Source: an uncultured Planctomycetales bacterium
GTDB taxonomy: Bacteria; Omnitrophota; Gorgyraeia; Zapsychrales; Fredricksoniimonadaceae
Reading direction: 5' to 3'
Length of the DNA stretch: 64,000 nucleotides
NCBI GenBank assembly: GCA_964572155.1
Contig: CAZNDZ010000003.1
Span: forward strand, 138,224-202,223
Shown here: positions 38,487 to 47,859 of the stretch, piece by piece
Numbering within the stretch: the stretch's first letter is position 1
Layout: every line of letters begins with the position of its first letter
Notes under the pieces: generated by a model
Databases searched by the model: none
What the model saw: the letters and a program-made list of their open reading frames with translations, nothing else
Told to the model about the DNA's origin: nothing
Made by a program: the position numbers and the translations under genes

Positions 38487-40168
38487 GGGTCGATATTAAG
38501 CGTACAAATTACGCCGGAGATACGTTTGACGGTTTGCATGCTTGTTTTAATATGCTTGATAATATCAGGAACGTGTTGCCCTCCTACCATCAAGCGAAAA
38601 CGGTATTGATCCCTTAGCTTAGCCGGTGTATCGGGCATCACCTCGGTGATCTTTAACAGAGCTCCTTGGGATTGCTTTAAACAATTATACACATCTTGCG
38701 CCATCCTTAAGGCATTTTTTTCCTTCTTGGAACGCATCACCAACGCCACCCAGTGATAAAACGGTGCAAAATTTAATTCTTGCCGCATTGATAATTCTTC
38801 TCGATAAAAGCGATCCTCGTCGTTGGACGTAAACGCTTTTAGCATCGGGTGATCCAAATTACGGGTCTGTACTAAAATCTTTTTTCCCATGGTTTGAAGC
38901 CGTCGCAACATGCGCCACACTTTAAAGGACGACTGCATTTCTAAACGATTTAGCGCCGTGTCAATTTCAATAACGGCCACTGTTTCTACAGATATTTCCT
39001 GCTGAAAATTTAAAATAGCAACCGTTGCAATCATGACATCCCATTTTGCAGTAATGCGCTCAGAGGCCGTCTCATAGGTTGACACGTGCGCCGTCGGAAA
39101 AAGATTCGCTATTTCTTTTTGAGCTTTTTCTAAACCCATGCCAAATGATTTCCATGATGCTACCTTACACGTGGGGCATTGCCCTGCATCCTTCATCTGA
39201 TGCAAGCATTGATGGCAGTTAAAAACATGTTTGGCCGCACTATAAGCCATGGCACTCGCACAACGCGGGCATTTTAAAACATAATGACACGTGGCGCATC
39301 GAGTCACGCTAAATGTTCCTCGACGATTAAATAGCAGCAACGTTGGTTTTTGAGCTTTGATGTTTGCCTCTAAGGCATTGCGCACAGGCACAGATAAAAT
39401 GCCTTTATCTAAATATTTATAATTAGTTGTATCGATCACTGTCGGGGAAACGTCCATATGACCTTGGCGCGTGTATTCAATGGCTTTGGTGTTAACCAAC
39501 TGCATGAGTTCAACCGACGGCGTTTGGCTGATAAACACCACATCAAAACCATAAACGCGTTGTGCCATTAAAACCACGTGGCGTGTTTCATACATGGGCG
39601 ATTGCTCTTGCTTAAACGAATCATCATCCTCATCGATGACAATGATCCGTGATTTTTGTGCAAAAGCCTCAAACATGGAAGAACGCATCCCATGGGGATG
39701 TTCTTTGCCTAGCATTTTTGCCCTGTGCATATCTGCAACCAAAACAAAATAATGCCCCCCTGTTGCACAAGCCGCCTTCAAAGCTTCTTGAAAATACCCA
39801 TCCACACAGTGAAACAAACTTGTTCTTGGGTTTGGATTCGGTTTCAAGGCAAATGGCGGTTGTTTACGATGACGCATCATGACAGCCAACGCTTCTCCGA
39901 CGCTGCAACCATAGTATCCCGCAAATATCTTCGCGAAATTTAGATCACGCTGATCAAAAATCGGGGTTTGGTCAATCAAGGACTTGATCGGCTTTATTTT
40001 TTCAATGCTGCTTTCATTATTTAAAGCCACAACAAAACCTGTCACTATGCGCGCGCCAAAAGAAACCCTGACACGCACGCCTCTAACCACTTTATTTTCT
40101 AATGCCGGTGGGATTAAATAATCAAACGGTTCTTCTAGGGGAAGATCAACAACGACTTTCGCAATCAT
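38483..40168 (-). CDS. priA: Primosomal protein N-prime (PriA) homolog with degenerate helicase motifs (no Walker A GSGKT; DEDD instead of DEEH), Cys-rich zinc region intact
   Basis: N-terminal 3-prime-DNA-binding and winged-helix regions, CxxC x4 zinc region CATCHY...CPRC...CHQC...CPTC, but Walker A position reads CVDGYFQE. Confidence 0.75.
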   Translation of the reverse strand: MIAKVVVDLPLEEPFDYLIPPALENKVVRGVRVRVSFGARIVTGFVVALNNESSIEKIKPIKSLIDQTPIFDQRDLNFAKIFAGYYGCSVGEALAVMMRHRKQPPFALKPNPNPRTSLFHCVDGYFQEALKAACATGGHYFVLVADMHRAKMLGKEHPHGMRSSMFEAFAQKSRIIVIDEDDDSFKQEQSPMYETRHVVLMAQRVYGFDVVFISQTPSVELMQLVNTKAIEYTRQGHMDVSPTVIDTTNYKYLDKGILSVPVRNALEANIKAQKPTLLLFNRRGTFSVTRCATCHYVLKCPRCASAMAYSAAKHVFNCHQCLHQMKDAGQCPTCKVASWKSFGMGLEKAQKEIANLFPTAHVSTYETASERITAKWDVMIATVAILNFQQEISVETVAVIEIDTALNRLEMQSSFKVWRMLRRLQTMGKKILVQTRNLDHPMLKAFTSNDEDRFYREELSMRQELNFAPFYHWVALVMRSKKEKNALRMAQDVYNCLKQSQGALLKITEVMPDTPAKLRDQYRFRLMVGGQHVPDIIKHIKTSMQTVKRISGVICTLNIDP

Positions 40169-41244
40169 ATGAGGCTAATAATGTCTTTCACCGCCGTTGG
40201 TTTGGCCAAGACAGCAATCGCAGTACGTAATTTCTCTAGATTTCCTGGGGAGGCATTTAAATCATCGATGGTTGAAATGATTTGAGGCACGGTCATTTGA
40301 TCTTGAGCCACACCATACTTCTTTAAAACAAAAATATTTTGCATCTCTTGGCCTGGTATCGCAGAGAAGAATAACATCGGTAATCGTTTAACCAAGGCCT
40401 CAGCAATGGATAATCCACCTGGCTTTGTGACCATCACATCAGCGACGGACATCAACTCATCCATGTTATTGACAAGCCCAAAAATATGCACATAAGCACT
40501 CGCCTTTGGTAAAAGCTTTTCGTATAAAGCCTTGTTATGACCACAGACAACCAAGACATGATACCCTTTAAGACCATCAATCAACTCTTCGATTGGCCCC
40601 ATCCCAAATGATCCTGTTGCAATCAACACATTGATGGCTGGCGGATACAGTTTAAATTGCGCTTTTAATTGTGCTACATCCACATCTTTAGAAAATTGTG
40701 ATAATGTTGGAATGCCCGTCACAAAAGCACGATCTGGATGAACGCCTAGGGCAATCAATTTATCTTTGGTGAATAACGAAGCCCCTGTATAAATATCAAT
40801 GCCTTGATTAACCCAAATACGATGCACATCAAAATCAGTAACCACACAAACAACCTTAGATTTGATCTGCCCCGTACGTTTTAAATAGGCGCTGACCTCG
40901 GCAGATAAAAACTGAGTGGTGATGATGCAATCAAATTTCTCGTCGATAAGAAACTTTTGTAACGCTTGAGCGTTTAAACCATTATAAATGCGACGCACCA
41001 CCCGAACCGCAGGTTGTAACCAAGCAATATTCAACACCCCAAAAAAGAATGCCCACAAAAATGGAAACTTGGTGACCATGAGCGCATAAGTTTCTGGGTA
41101 GGTGACTTTGAAAAACGGATTGGTATAATCAAGCGCATCGACGAGCTTCGCATTATGTCCGTCAGCAATTAAACCTTGATAAACGGCTTCTGCGGCTTTC
41201 TTATGACCTGCTCCGGCTGTGGCGTGTATGACGAGGATTTTCAT
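40165..41244 (-). CDS. GT28-family glycosyltransferase (MGDG synthase / UgtP / MurG-like fold)
   Basis: MKILVIHATAGAGHKKAAEAV N-terminal G-rich loop typical of MGDG_synth; C-terminal GT28 domain. Confidence 0.65.
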   Translation of the reverse strand: MKILVIHATAGAGHKKAAEAVYQGLIADGHNAKLVDALDYTNPFFKVTYPETYALMVTKFPFLWAFFFGVLNIAWLQPAVRVVRRIYNGLNAQALQKFLIDEKFDCIITTQFLSAEVSAYLKRTGQIKSKVVCVVTDFDVHRIWVNQGIDIYTGASLFTKDKLIALGVHPDRAFVTGIPTLSQFSKDVDVAQLKAQFKLYPPAINVLIATGSFGMGPIEELIDGLKGYHVLVVCGHNKALYEKLLPKASAYVHIFGLVNNMDELMSVADVMVTKPGGLSIAEALVKRLPMLFFSAIPGQEMQNIFVLKKYGVAQDQMTVPQIISTIDDLNASPGNLEKLRTAIAVLAKPTAVKDIISLI

Positions 41245-41788
41245 CTAAAACTATTCTAACGGCATCGTGCAAATTGGCAACCACATAATCAGGTTTTGCA
41301 CCTTCCTTCAAAGCGAGCGCTTTGGTGCCCTTCCCTGATAAAACCAAGATGGTCCGAAATCCAGATGCCTGTCCTGTTTTAATATCAATGGGTGAATCTC
41401 CAATAAAGAAACTCCCCTTTAAATCTAAAAGGCGTTTCCCCAAACTTGCCGCGGCTTTTTGCACATTGGCAATCCCTGGTTTACGACAAGCACATTTGTC
41501 GTCGGGGTGATGTGTGCAATAAAAGCTTTTATGGATACGTCCGCCCGCTTTTACAACACCACGATGCAAATGTGCGTCAATTTGGTTGAGTTTTGCTTGG
41601 GTAAAACGACCACGGCCAACCCCAGCTTGGTTAGAGATAACAAAGACTTTATATTGATGTTGGGTTAAATCTGCAATGGCTTGTAATGAGCCAGGTATGA
41701 AATGAAAATCTTTGACCCGCGTGACGTAATCGCCATGTCCGGGGAATTGGTTGATCACCCCATCACGGTCAAGAAAAACTACATTCAC
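41201..41788 (-). CDS. gmhB: D-glycero-D-manno-heptose 1,7-bisphosphate phosphatase (HAD family)
   Basis: VFLDRDGVIN motif I; zinc-binding CTHHPDDKCACRKP; 195 aa. Confidence 0.8.
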   Translation of the reverse strand: MNVVFLDRDGVINQFPGHGDYVTRVKDFHFIPGSLQAIADLTQHQYKVFVISNQAGVGRGRFTQAKLNQIDAHLHRGVVKAGGRIHKSFYCTHHPDDKCACRKPGIANVQKAAASLGKRLLDLKGSFFIGDSPIDIKTGQASGFRTILVLSGKGTKALALKEGAKPDYVVANLHDAVRIVLDENPRHTRHSRSRS

Positions 41789-42546
41789 TCTCTAACCCCA
41801 TTCTTACGTTCCCAATACTTGGCGTAAGAAATGACTTGGTATAATGAAGCGTAATAGGCAATCATAAAACCAACAAACCCATCACGGTAACCTTGTTTGA
41901 CGATAAAACTGCGGAAAAAACGATCCACGGTGCGCCATACAGCAATATGCAAGGGCATCTTACGGCCCGTCTGAATCCACTTTTCAGCTTCCAAGGTGGT
42001 TTGACGATTTAAACTTTGCAAGAAATGTTCAAAATCAGGGTATCCCTTGTGGATTAAATCCTTGGTCAAATGCCCTGTTTTACCGTCGAGGAAAACGCGT
42101 GGATGAACGCCCACTTCTTCATATTTAAAACGGCTCTTTTGAAACATGCGCAACTTTCCAGCTGGATACCAACCAGAATGCTGCACCCAATATTTACCAA
42201 TGTAATTGCGCATCGGCATATCAAAGGCATTAAATGTTGTATTTGGAATTGTGGCAACAATCTCTGCGGCTAAATCACTGCTGACCATCTCATCAGCGTC
42301 TAAACTTAAAACCCATTCATTCTTAGCTTGTGCATACGCCCAATTGCGGTGAATACCCTCATTATCCATCTTGCGATGAAAAATTTTAGCCCCATAACCT
42401 TTGGAGATCTCAACCGTCTTATCGGTGCTCTCATCGTCGACAATGACGATTTCATCGGCGAAGTCCACAACGCTTTTTAAGCAATCGTGCATGTTGCGCT
42501 CTTCATTTTTTGTGATAATGACAACCGAAAGTGGTATTTTAGCCAT
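41785..42546 (-). CDS. GT2 glycosyltransferase, WaaE/KdtX-like (LPS core)
   Basis: SVVIITKNEE, ADEIVIVDDESTD, LSLDADE. Confidence 0.75.
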   Translation of the reverse strand: MAKIPLSVVIITKNEERNMHDCLKSVVDFADEIVIVDDESTDKTVEISKGYGAKIFHRKMDNEGIHRNWAYAQAKNEWVLSLDADEMVSSDLAAEIVATIPNTTFNAFDMPMRNYIGKYWVQHSGWYPAGKLRMFQKSRFKYEEVGVHPRVFLDGKTGHLTKDLIHKGYPDFEHFLQSLNRQTTLEAEKWIQTGRKMPLHIAVWRTVDRFFRSFIVKQGYRDGFVGFMIAYYASLYQVISYAKYWERKNGVRE

Positions 42547-42548
42547 AA

Positions 42549-43649
42549 CTATAAGGATTCCTTTAGCGCTTGGACAACTGTTTGAACCTGTTCCTTGGTC
42601 ATATGTGGGAACATGGGCAAGCTCATGATCTGACTTGCAACTTTCTCAGCAACGGGAAAATCACCTTGCTTATAACCTAATTCAGCATATGCTTCTTGCA
42701 TATGCAAAGGAATTGGATAATGAATCAAAACACCGATGCCCTTGGCTTTCATGGATTCCATGACTTTATCGCGATTCGGCACCGTCACTGCAAATGTTTG
42801 ATACACATGTGTACGATCAGATTTAACAAACGGCGCTGTCACACCTTTAAGATCCTTTAACAATGCTCCATAATGCGCTGCAGCTTGTGCGCGCATCGCA
42901 TTCCATTGATCCAAATGCTTTAACTTTGCATTGAGCACCACCGCTTGGATGGTATCTAGACGGGAATTTGTCCCTTTGATTTTATGTTCATAGCGTCCTT
43001 GACGACCATAATCACGCAACATCAACGCTTTTTCATAGATATCTTTATTATTGGTAACAATCATACCTGCGTCGCCACATGCACCTAAACTCTTTGTTGG
43101 GTAAAACGAAAAACACGCTAAATCACCCAATGAACCAACACGGCGGCTATGATAGCGAGCACCATGGGCTTGAGCGGCATCTTCGACAACTTTAATATTA
43201 TGCTTCTTAGCAATGGCTTGAATTTCATCCATGTCCGCTGGCTGACCATACAAATGCACGACGATGATGGCCTTTGTTTTCTTGGTAATGGCCTTTTCAA
43301 TCGCCTTTGGATCCATGTTGTACGTATCAGGTTGAATATCTACAAAAACAGGTTTCGCACGGCAGAAAGAAACACACAATGCCGTTGCAATGAAGGTATG
43401 TGTTGGAACAATGACCTCATCACCTTCTTGTAATTCTAAGGTGGATAAACCTAAATGCAATGCATCAGTTCCAGAATTAACACCGACGGCATATTTTGCT
43501 TCGCAATAATTGGCAAAAGCTTTTTCAAAAATCTGAGCCTGTTCACCTAAGATATAATCGCCTTTTTCAAAAACCTTCTTGAAACCCACGTCAACTTCAT
43601 CTTGGATCAACTTATTTTGCTCTTTGAAATCAATGAACGGAATGCTCAT
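42549..43649 (-). CDS. DegT/DnrJ/EryC1/StrS-family PLP-dependent sugar aminotransferase (catalytic Lys present)
   Basis: ACFSFYPTKSLGACGDAGMIVTN with Lys in the PLP Schiff-base position. Confidence 0.85.
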   Translation of the reverse strand: MSIPFIDFKEQNKLIQDEVDVGFKKVFEKGDYILGEQAQIFEKAFANYCEAKYAVGVNSGTDALHLGLSTLELQEGDEVIVPTHTFIATALCVSFCRAKPVFVDIQPDTYNMDPKAIEKAITKKTKAIIVVHLYGQPADMDEIQAIAKKHNIKVVEDAAQAHGARYHSRRVGSLGDLACFSFYPTKSLGACGDAGMIVTNNKDIYEKALMLRDYGRQGRYEHKIKGTNSRLDTIQAVVLNAKLKHLDQWNAMRAQAAAHYGALLKDLKGVTAPFVKSDRTHVYQTFAVTVPNRDKVMESMKAKGIGVLIHYPIPLHMQEAYAELGYKQGDFPVAEKVASQIMSLPMFPHMTKEQVQTVVQALKESL

Positions 43650-44712
43650 ATACGAAACTCACCTTTCTATATACGTCCTCTACAGACAAGTCTTTTAAAC
43701 AACTAAAGTGTTCACACTGAGCTACAAAAAATCGCTTATAACACGGCTGACATGCTAAATTTTTCTTAACAACCTCATGACCAGCCGACGGATAGGGGCC
43801 GTAAACTTTTTCATCAACTGGACCAAAAATACTGATCGTCTTGACACCGCTGGCAACGGCCACATGTAAGGGGCCACCATCGTTAAGCACAGCTAAACTA
43901 CAATATTTCAATAAAGCTGCCATTTGCAAGATCGATGTTTGACCAACCGCGGAATAAACTGGTGAGGCTGCCAGAGAGGTGATCTCTGTTGCTAACCCTT
44001 GTTCCTTGGCATCACCGAATAGTATAACAGTGACACCTAGATCCGCAATCATTTTATCAATTAACTGTGCATATTTTGCCGCAGGCCAACGTTTTCGTTC
44101 TGCACGACCTCCCCAACTAGCACCGCCACCTGGCACAACCGCAACCAACTTAGAAACTTGGCTTATGTCATTGTTAACCAACCATTGCCCTGCCCAAATT
44201 TCCTCATCTTTACCCACATTCAGACGCATTGCCTTAACAACAGCAGGCACGTCAATAAACTTTAATAAATCAAGGTAATATTCAACAACATGTTTATTTT
44301 CATAGCCTTTAAGCTCTATTTTATGGGTTAACATGATCCCTCGACCCTTAAAATCATAGCCGATGCGCATCTTGATCCCTGCAATCCATGCTAAACAACC
44401 AAACATACGGTTTAAGGAAAAATCAACGGCAACATCGCAACGTTCTTGCCGTATGGCGTCGATAAAAGCAAACCATCTTTTTGCGTAGGCAAAAAAATTC
44501 TTTTTCCGCGCTTTAACAAACTCGTCGCGTTCATAAGATATAACATTGTCTACATTTGGATTTGATTTGATAAGAACAGCGGTGCGGTCATTGGCGATGT
44601 AGGAAATCCGCGCAAGTGGATATTTTTTCTTGATGTTGGCGATAACAGGATCTGCAAATAAACAATCACCGACACCAAAAGGATTGATAATTAGAATACG
44701 ATTGAATGTCAT
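43630..44712 (-). CDS. GT9 ADP-heptose:LPS heptosyltransferase family
   Basis: ILIINPFGVGDCLFADPVI N-terminus and C-terminal GGGASW...NDGGPLHVA motifs typical of RfaC/RfaF/RfaQ. Confidence 0.85.
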   Translation of the reverse strand: MTFNRILIINPFGVGDCLFADPVIANIKKKYPLARISYIANDRTAVLIKSNPNVDNVISYERDEFVKARKKNFFAYAKRWFAFIDAIRQERCDVAVDFSLNRMFGCLAWIAGIKMRIGYDFKGRGIMLTHKIELKGYENKHVVEYYLDLLKFIDVPAVVKAMRLNVGKDEEIWAGQWLVNNDISQVSKLVAVVPGGGASWGGRAERKRWPAAKYAQLIDKMIADLGVTVILFGDAKEQGLATEITSLAASPVYSAVGQTSILQMAALLKYCSLAVLNDGGPLHVAVASGVKTISIFGPVDEKVYGPYPSAGHEVVKKNLACQPCYKRFFVAQCEHFSCLKDLSVEDVYRKVSFVYEHSVH

Positions 44713-45539
44713 TGGATAGATTCTTTAACCCTTTTGCCTGTTTTATAACGTATTCTATACCAAAGTGCCGGATGCCACCAATATTTCTTTTGAATGTCCC
44801 GCCAATCTTGCCCACTTAATACGTGCGCATCAACCATTGACTGCATGACAGACGGATGTGTGCCAAAATAGGTCGCAAAGCGATTTAAATCCCCAAAACC
44901 GCTGATTTCCTTTGAACTATCCGCATAACCAATGGCCGCAGCATTTTGAGATCGTTTTTGAATGTCTTCCGCCGAATTTACCCAACCATAATGATATAAA
45001 TAACAATGGGTCGGCGCATTTTGTAGGGGCTTGCCATCTTTGCGGGCAAAACCAAAGGCATCTCCAACAGAGATAATTTCACCATTATTGCGCACAATAC
45101 GGTCTTGCTTTTGATACCATCCTTTGTCGATGCGATAACGCCAAAATGAGCCATAAAAATGCAACCACTTAAAACGCAGGGCATCAATCGAAGGGTTATT
45201 TAAATGCTGCTGCATGCATTGTTTGATCTTAGGCAAGTCCGCCTCGTGAATCACTTCATCTGACTGAACGTAAAACGCCCAATCACCACTACACGCCTTT
45301 AACGCAATATTGGTCTGCTCAGACAAAACTGTTGAGCCTTGCCCCATATTCCACGTTGTTTGGATAATGCGCAGCTTAGAGCTTTTGATGGATTGGATTA
45401 ATGCTAGAGTGTCATCGTCGCTGTTTCCGACATTAACAATAAATTCATCGCAAATGGGCAATATGGATTCTATGGCCGCCTTAACAGGGTAGTTAAACTT
45501 GATAGCATTGCGAACAATGGTAAAACCGCTTATTTTCAT
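44709..45539 (-). CDS. Putative GT-A-fold nucleotide-sugar transferase (family uncertain)
   Basis: 276 aa; MKISGFTIVRNAIKF N-terminus, QSDE acidic motif; ATGA overlap with GT9 gene. Confidence 0.35.
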   Translation of the reverse strand: MKISGFTIVRNAIKFNYPVKAAIESILPICDEFIVNVGNSDDDTLALIQSIKSSKLRIIQTTWNMGQGSTVLSEQTNIALKACSGDWAFYVQSDEVIHEADLPKIKQCMQQHLNNPSIDALRFKWLHFYGSFWRYRIDKGWYQKQDRIVRNNGEIISVGDAFGFARKDGKPLQNAPTHCYLYHYGWVNSAEDIQKRSQNAAAIGYADSSKEISGFGDLNRFATYFGTHPSVMQSMVDAHVLSGQDWRDIQKKYWWHPALWYRIRYKTGKRVKESIQ

Positions 45540-45547
45540 TGAATGAA

Positions 45548-46267
45548 TTATGCTTTCTTAGCCTCAACATATACTGTTTCTAATTCACGACCAGCTGGTT
45601 CCAATAATGCTTTGTCTGGCGTATGCCCTTCAAGACGTGAAACCCTTTTAATATCCACAAATCCCGTCCGCTTGAGTATATCAGCCAAGGATTCAAAATC
45701 ATAAAACCACTTATGAGCTCCACCGCTATCATAGGCTTTGGCAATGAAAATCTGCCCTGGAGTTTGTGCTGCCTTAAACGCACACCATTCCCGAATTAAT
45801 GGATTGTTAAAAAATGCCTTATCTTTATTCACATAAGCTTTAGCATATTTCTCTAAATCAGGGCAACTTAAACGAATAACACCGCCTGGTTTCAAGGCTT
45901 TATGCGCACATTTCAAAAGTTGTAACCCACAATTAAGATCCAAATGCTCTATGACATGACTTCCGGCGACAAACGATAAACTGTTGTCCATCACAGGCCA
46001 TGGCTTTAGTAAATTGTAATTTAAGAACCACCCGTTATGCTTACGTGTAAGTTTTCCATATTTCTGACGGCGTTCATACAACACATTAATCCAATGATCT
46101 AAGATGACATGGCCGCAACCTATCTGCAAACGGTCACAACCAATCAAAGACAATTGCCGCTTTAATATCCCAAATTGAAAGCCACTATAACGCAACAACA
46201 ATAATGATTGCGCATAATTTAGAAACCCTTGAAACTTATATACACGCTTCTCCCATTTTTTATTCAT
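45548..46267 (-). CDS. Class I SAM-dependent methyltransferase (Methyltransf_11-like); start placed at internal Met MNKKWEK
   Basis: IGCGHVIL motif I, HVIEHL, LKPGGVIRLS; track ORF extends into upstream gene. Confidence 0.65.
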   Translation of the reverse strand: MNKKWEKRVYKFQGFLNYAQSLLLLRYSGFQFGILKRQLSLIGCDRLQIGCGHVILDHWINVLYERRQKYGKLTRKHNGWFLNYNLLKPWPVMDNSLSFVAGSHVIEHLDLNCGLQLLKCAHKALKPGGVIRLSCPDLEKYAKAYVNKDKAFFNNPLIREWCAFKAAQTPGQIFIAKAYDSGGAHKWFYDFESLADILKRTGFVDIKRVSRLEGHTPDKALLEPAGRELETVYVEAKKA

Positions 46268-46275
46268 CGATAACC

Positions 46276-47856
46276 TCAAATCTGATTTGATAATAATATA
46301 TGTCGTGCGATATTGTCCGCCAAAATACCCGCACCTTTCGGCGTGCAATGACCAAAATCCCCAGCAAACGCATCTGTGAAATATGTTTCATATTTTCCCT
46401 GTGTTAATGCTTGCTTAAAGATGATGCCATTATCAATAAATAAAACCCCCTTAGTAACATCAAGCATTTTCTCTAGACCATGTGTATGGCGCGTCGCATA
46501 CGAGGACACCACCATGTCAATATGGTGGCCTTGAACGATCTTTATAATCTGTCGATAATTAGAAATCGTTGCATTTAATGGCTTCTTTTCACTGAGAGCA
46601 TCAGCCATATTAATATAAACCAAAGCCTTATCTTTCATATCCGTTTGATTATAAATATTAGCTAAACCACGAATAATTTCTACACTCTGGGGATACTTGA
46701 CTAGCGCATTTTTTAAGACCACCTCTGCCCTTGAGAATTGATTGCGTTTCATATACCAATCAACCAAATCTAAAATCACATGCAGACGATCACCTTTTTG
46801 AACATTTTTACTATCAATCTCTGCTGCTGTATCGATCATCGCTTCCATATCATCGTATCGCCCTTGGGCCCCATAACAAAACCCTAGTTGTGCATAGATT
46901 TTTGAATTTTGCGGTGCTTTAAGCTTTGCTTTTGCATATAAATCCTCTGCATCAGAAAAACGTGCTTGTTTGGTATAAAAAGACCCAAGCTCTATAAAAA
47001 TATCCATGTCATCAGGATTTTTATCAAGGCCATCTTTTAATGCTCGCTCAGCCAAAACCTCTTTTTTCTGGTCAGCATAAAATCGGCTTAAGAGTGCATA
47101 ACTCCAAGATTTCTTGGGGTTCTTTGACACCGCCAATAAATATAGCTTTTCAACTTCATCAACTCGCCCTTGTAACAGATAAACCTTTGCCAACTGCTCG
47201 TAGCCCCAATCTTTCTTTGGATTGATTGAAATGCCCTTCTTAAACAATGCCTCGGCCAGCTTAAATTCTCTTTGTTCAATATAATATTGTCCTAACTCGA
47301 TATATGCCCCAGAACCTTTGGGATGAATTTTAATTTCTTTTTTCAATCGATCTATTGCTGATAACGGTTTAGCATCTTGACCCAATTCTTGCATGATGTG
47401 TGCCCACAAAAATTTTCCAACCCTAATAATACGAATATCGCCTATCGCCACTTTAAATTTATCCGACGAAGAATCTGTATAAGCAACCGTGTTATCGCTA
47501 TCATTAATGCCCACCATAGCGATCACCATATTCGGCTTGTAGAGTTCGATGTCTTTCTTTAAATTTGCTACAATATCTGCAGAATCACTCCCAGGTATGC
47601 CTCGATTAATCACCTCAAAACGTTTTCCTTTTGCTCGATCATTTAAGATGCGCTCTAACTGAGATGGATACGATTCTTTGCCACCAGCAAATGTCGTCGA
47701 CTCTCCAATACACATGATCCGATAAGCATGCGCGTCTTTTAAATGCGCCTTATTCTGATAATCTTGAATAGAAATCGATGCTGCGCCACCTAGACGTAAA
47801 AATAGCTCTAGGCAAAATAAAAATAGCAGTGGTCTTATGATTAATCGTATTGTCAT
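46276..47856 (-). CDS. Secreted SGNH/GDSL hydrolase whose catalytic domain is split by an about 250-aa TPR-repeat insertion; PatB/AlgJ-like partner of the adjacent MBOAT
   Basis: Signal peptide; block I CIGESTT, block III GINDSDN, then TPR repeats, then block V GDFGHCTPKG (DxxH) at C-terminus. Confidence 0.65.
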   Translation of the reverse strand: MTIRLIIRPLLFLFCLELFLRLGGAASISIQDYQNKAHLKDAHAYRIMCIGESTTFAGGKESYPSQLERILNDRAKGKRFEVINRGIPGSDSADIVANLKKDIELYKPNMVIAMVGINDSDNTVAYTDSSSDKFKVAIGDIRIIRVGKFLWAHIMQELGQDAKPLSAIDRLKKEIKIHPKGSGAYIELGQYYIEQREFKLAEALFKKGISINPKKDWGYEQLAKVYLLQGRVDEVEKLYLLAVSKNPKKSWSYALLSRFYADQKKEVLAERALKDGLDKNPDDMDIFIELGSFYTKQARFSDAEDLYAKAKLKAPQNSKIYAQLGFCYGAQGRYDDMEAMIDTAAEIDSKNVQKGDRLHVILDLVDWYMKRNQFSRAEVVLKNALVKYPQSVEIIRGLANIYNQTDMKDKALVYINMADALSEKKPLNATISNYRQIIKIVQGHHIDMVVSSYATRHTHGLEKMLDVTKGVLFIDNGIIFKQALTQGKYETYFTDAFAGDFGHCTPKGAGILADNIARHILLSNQI

Positions 47857-47859
47857 AAT

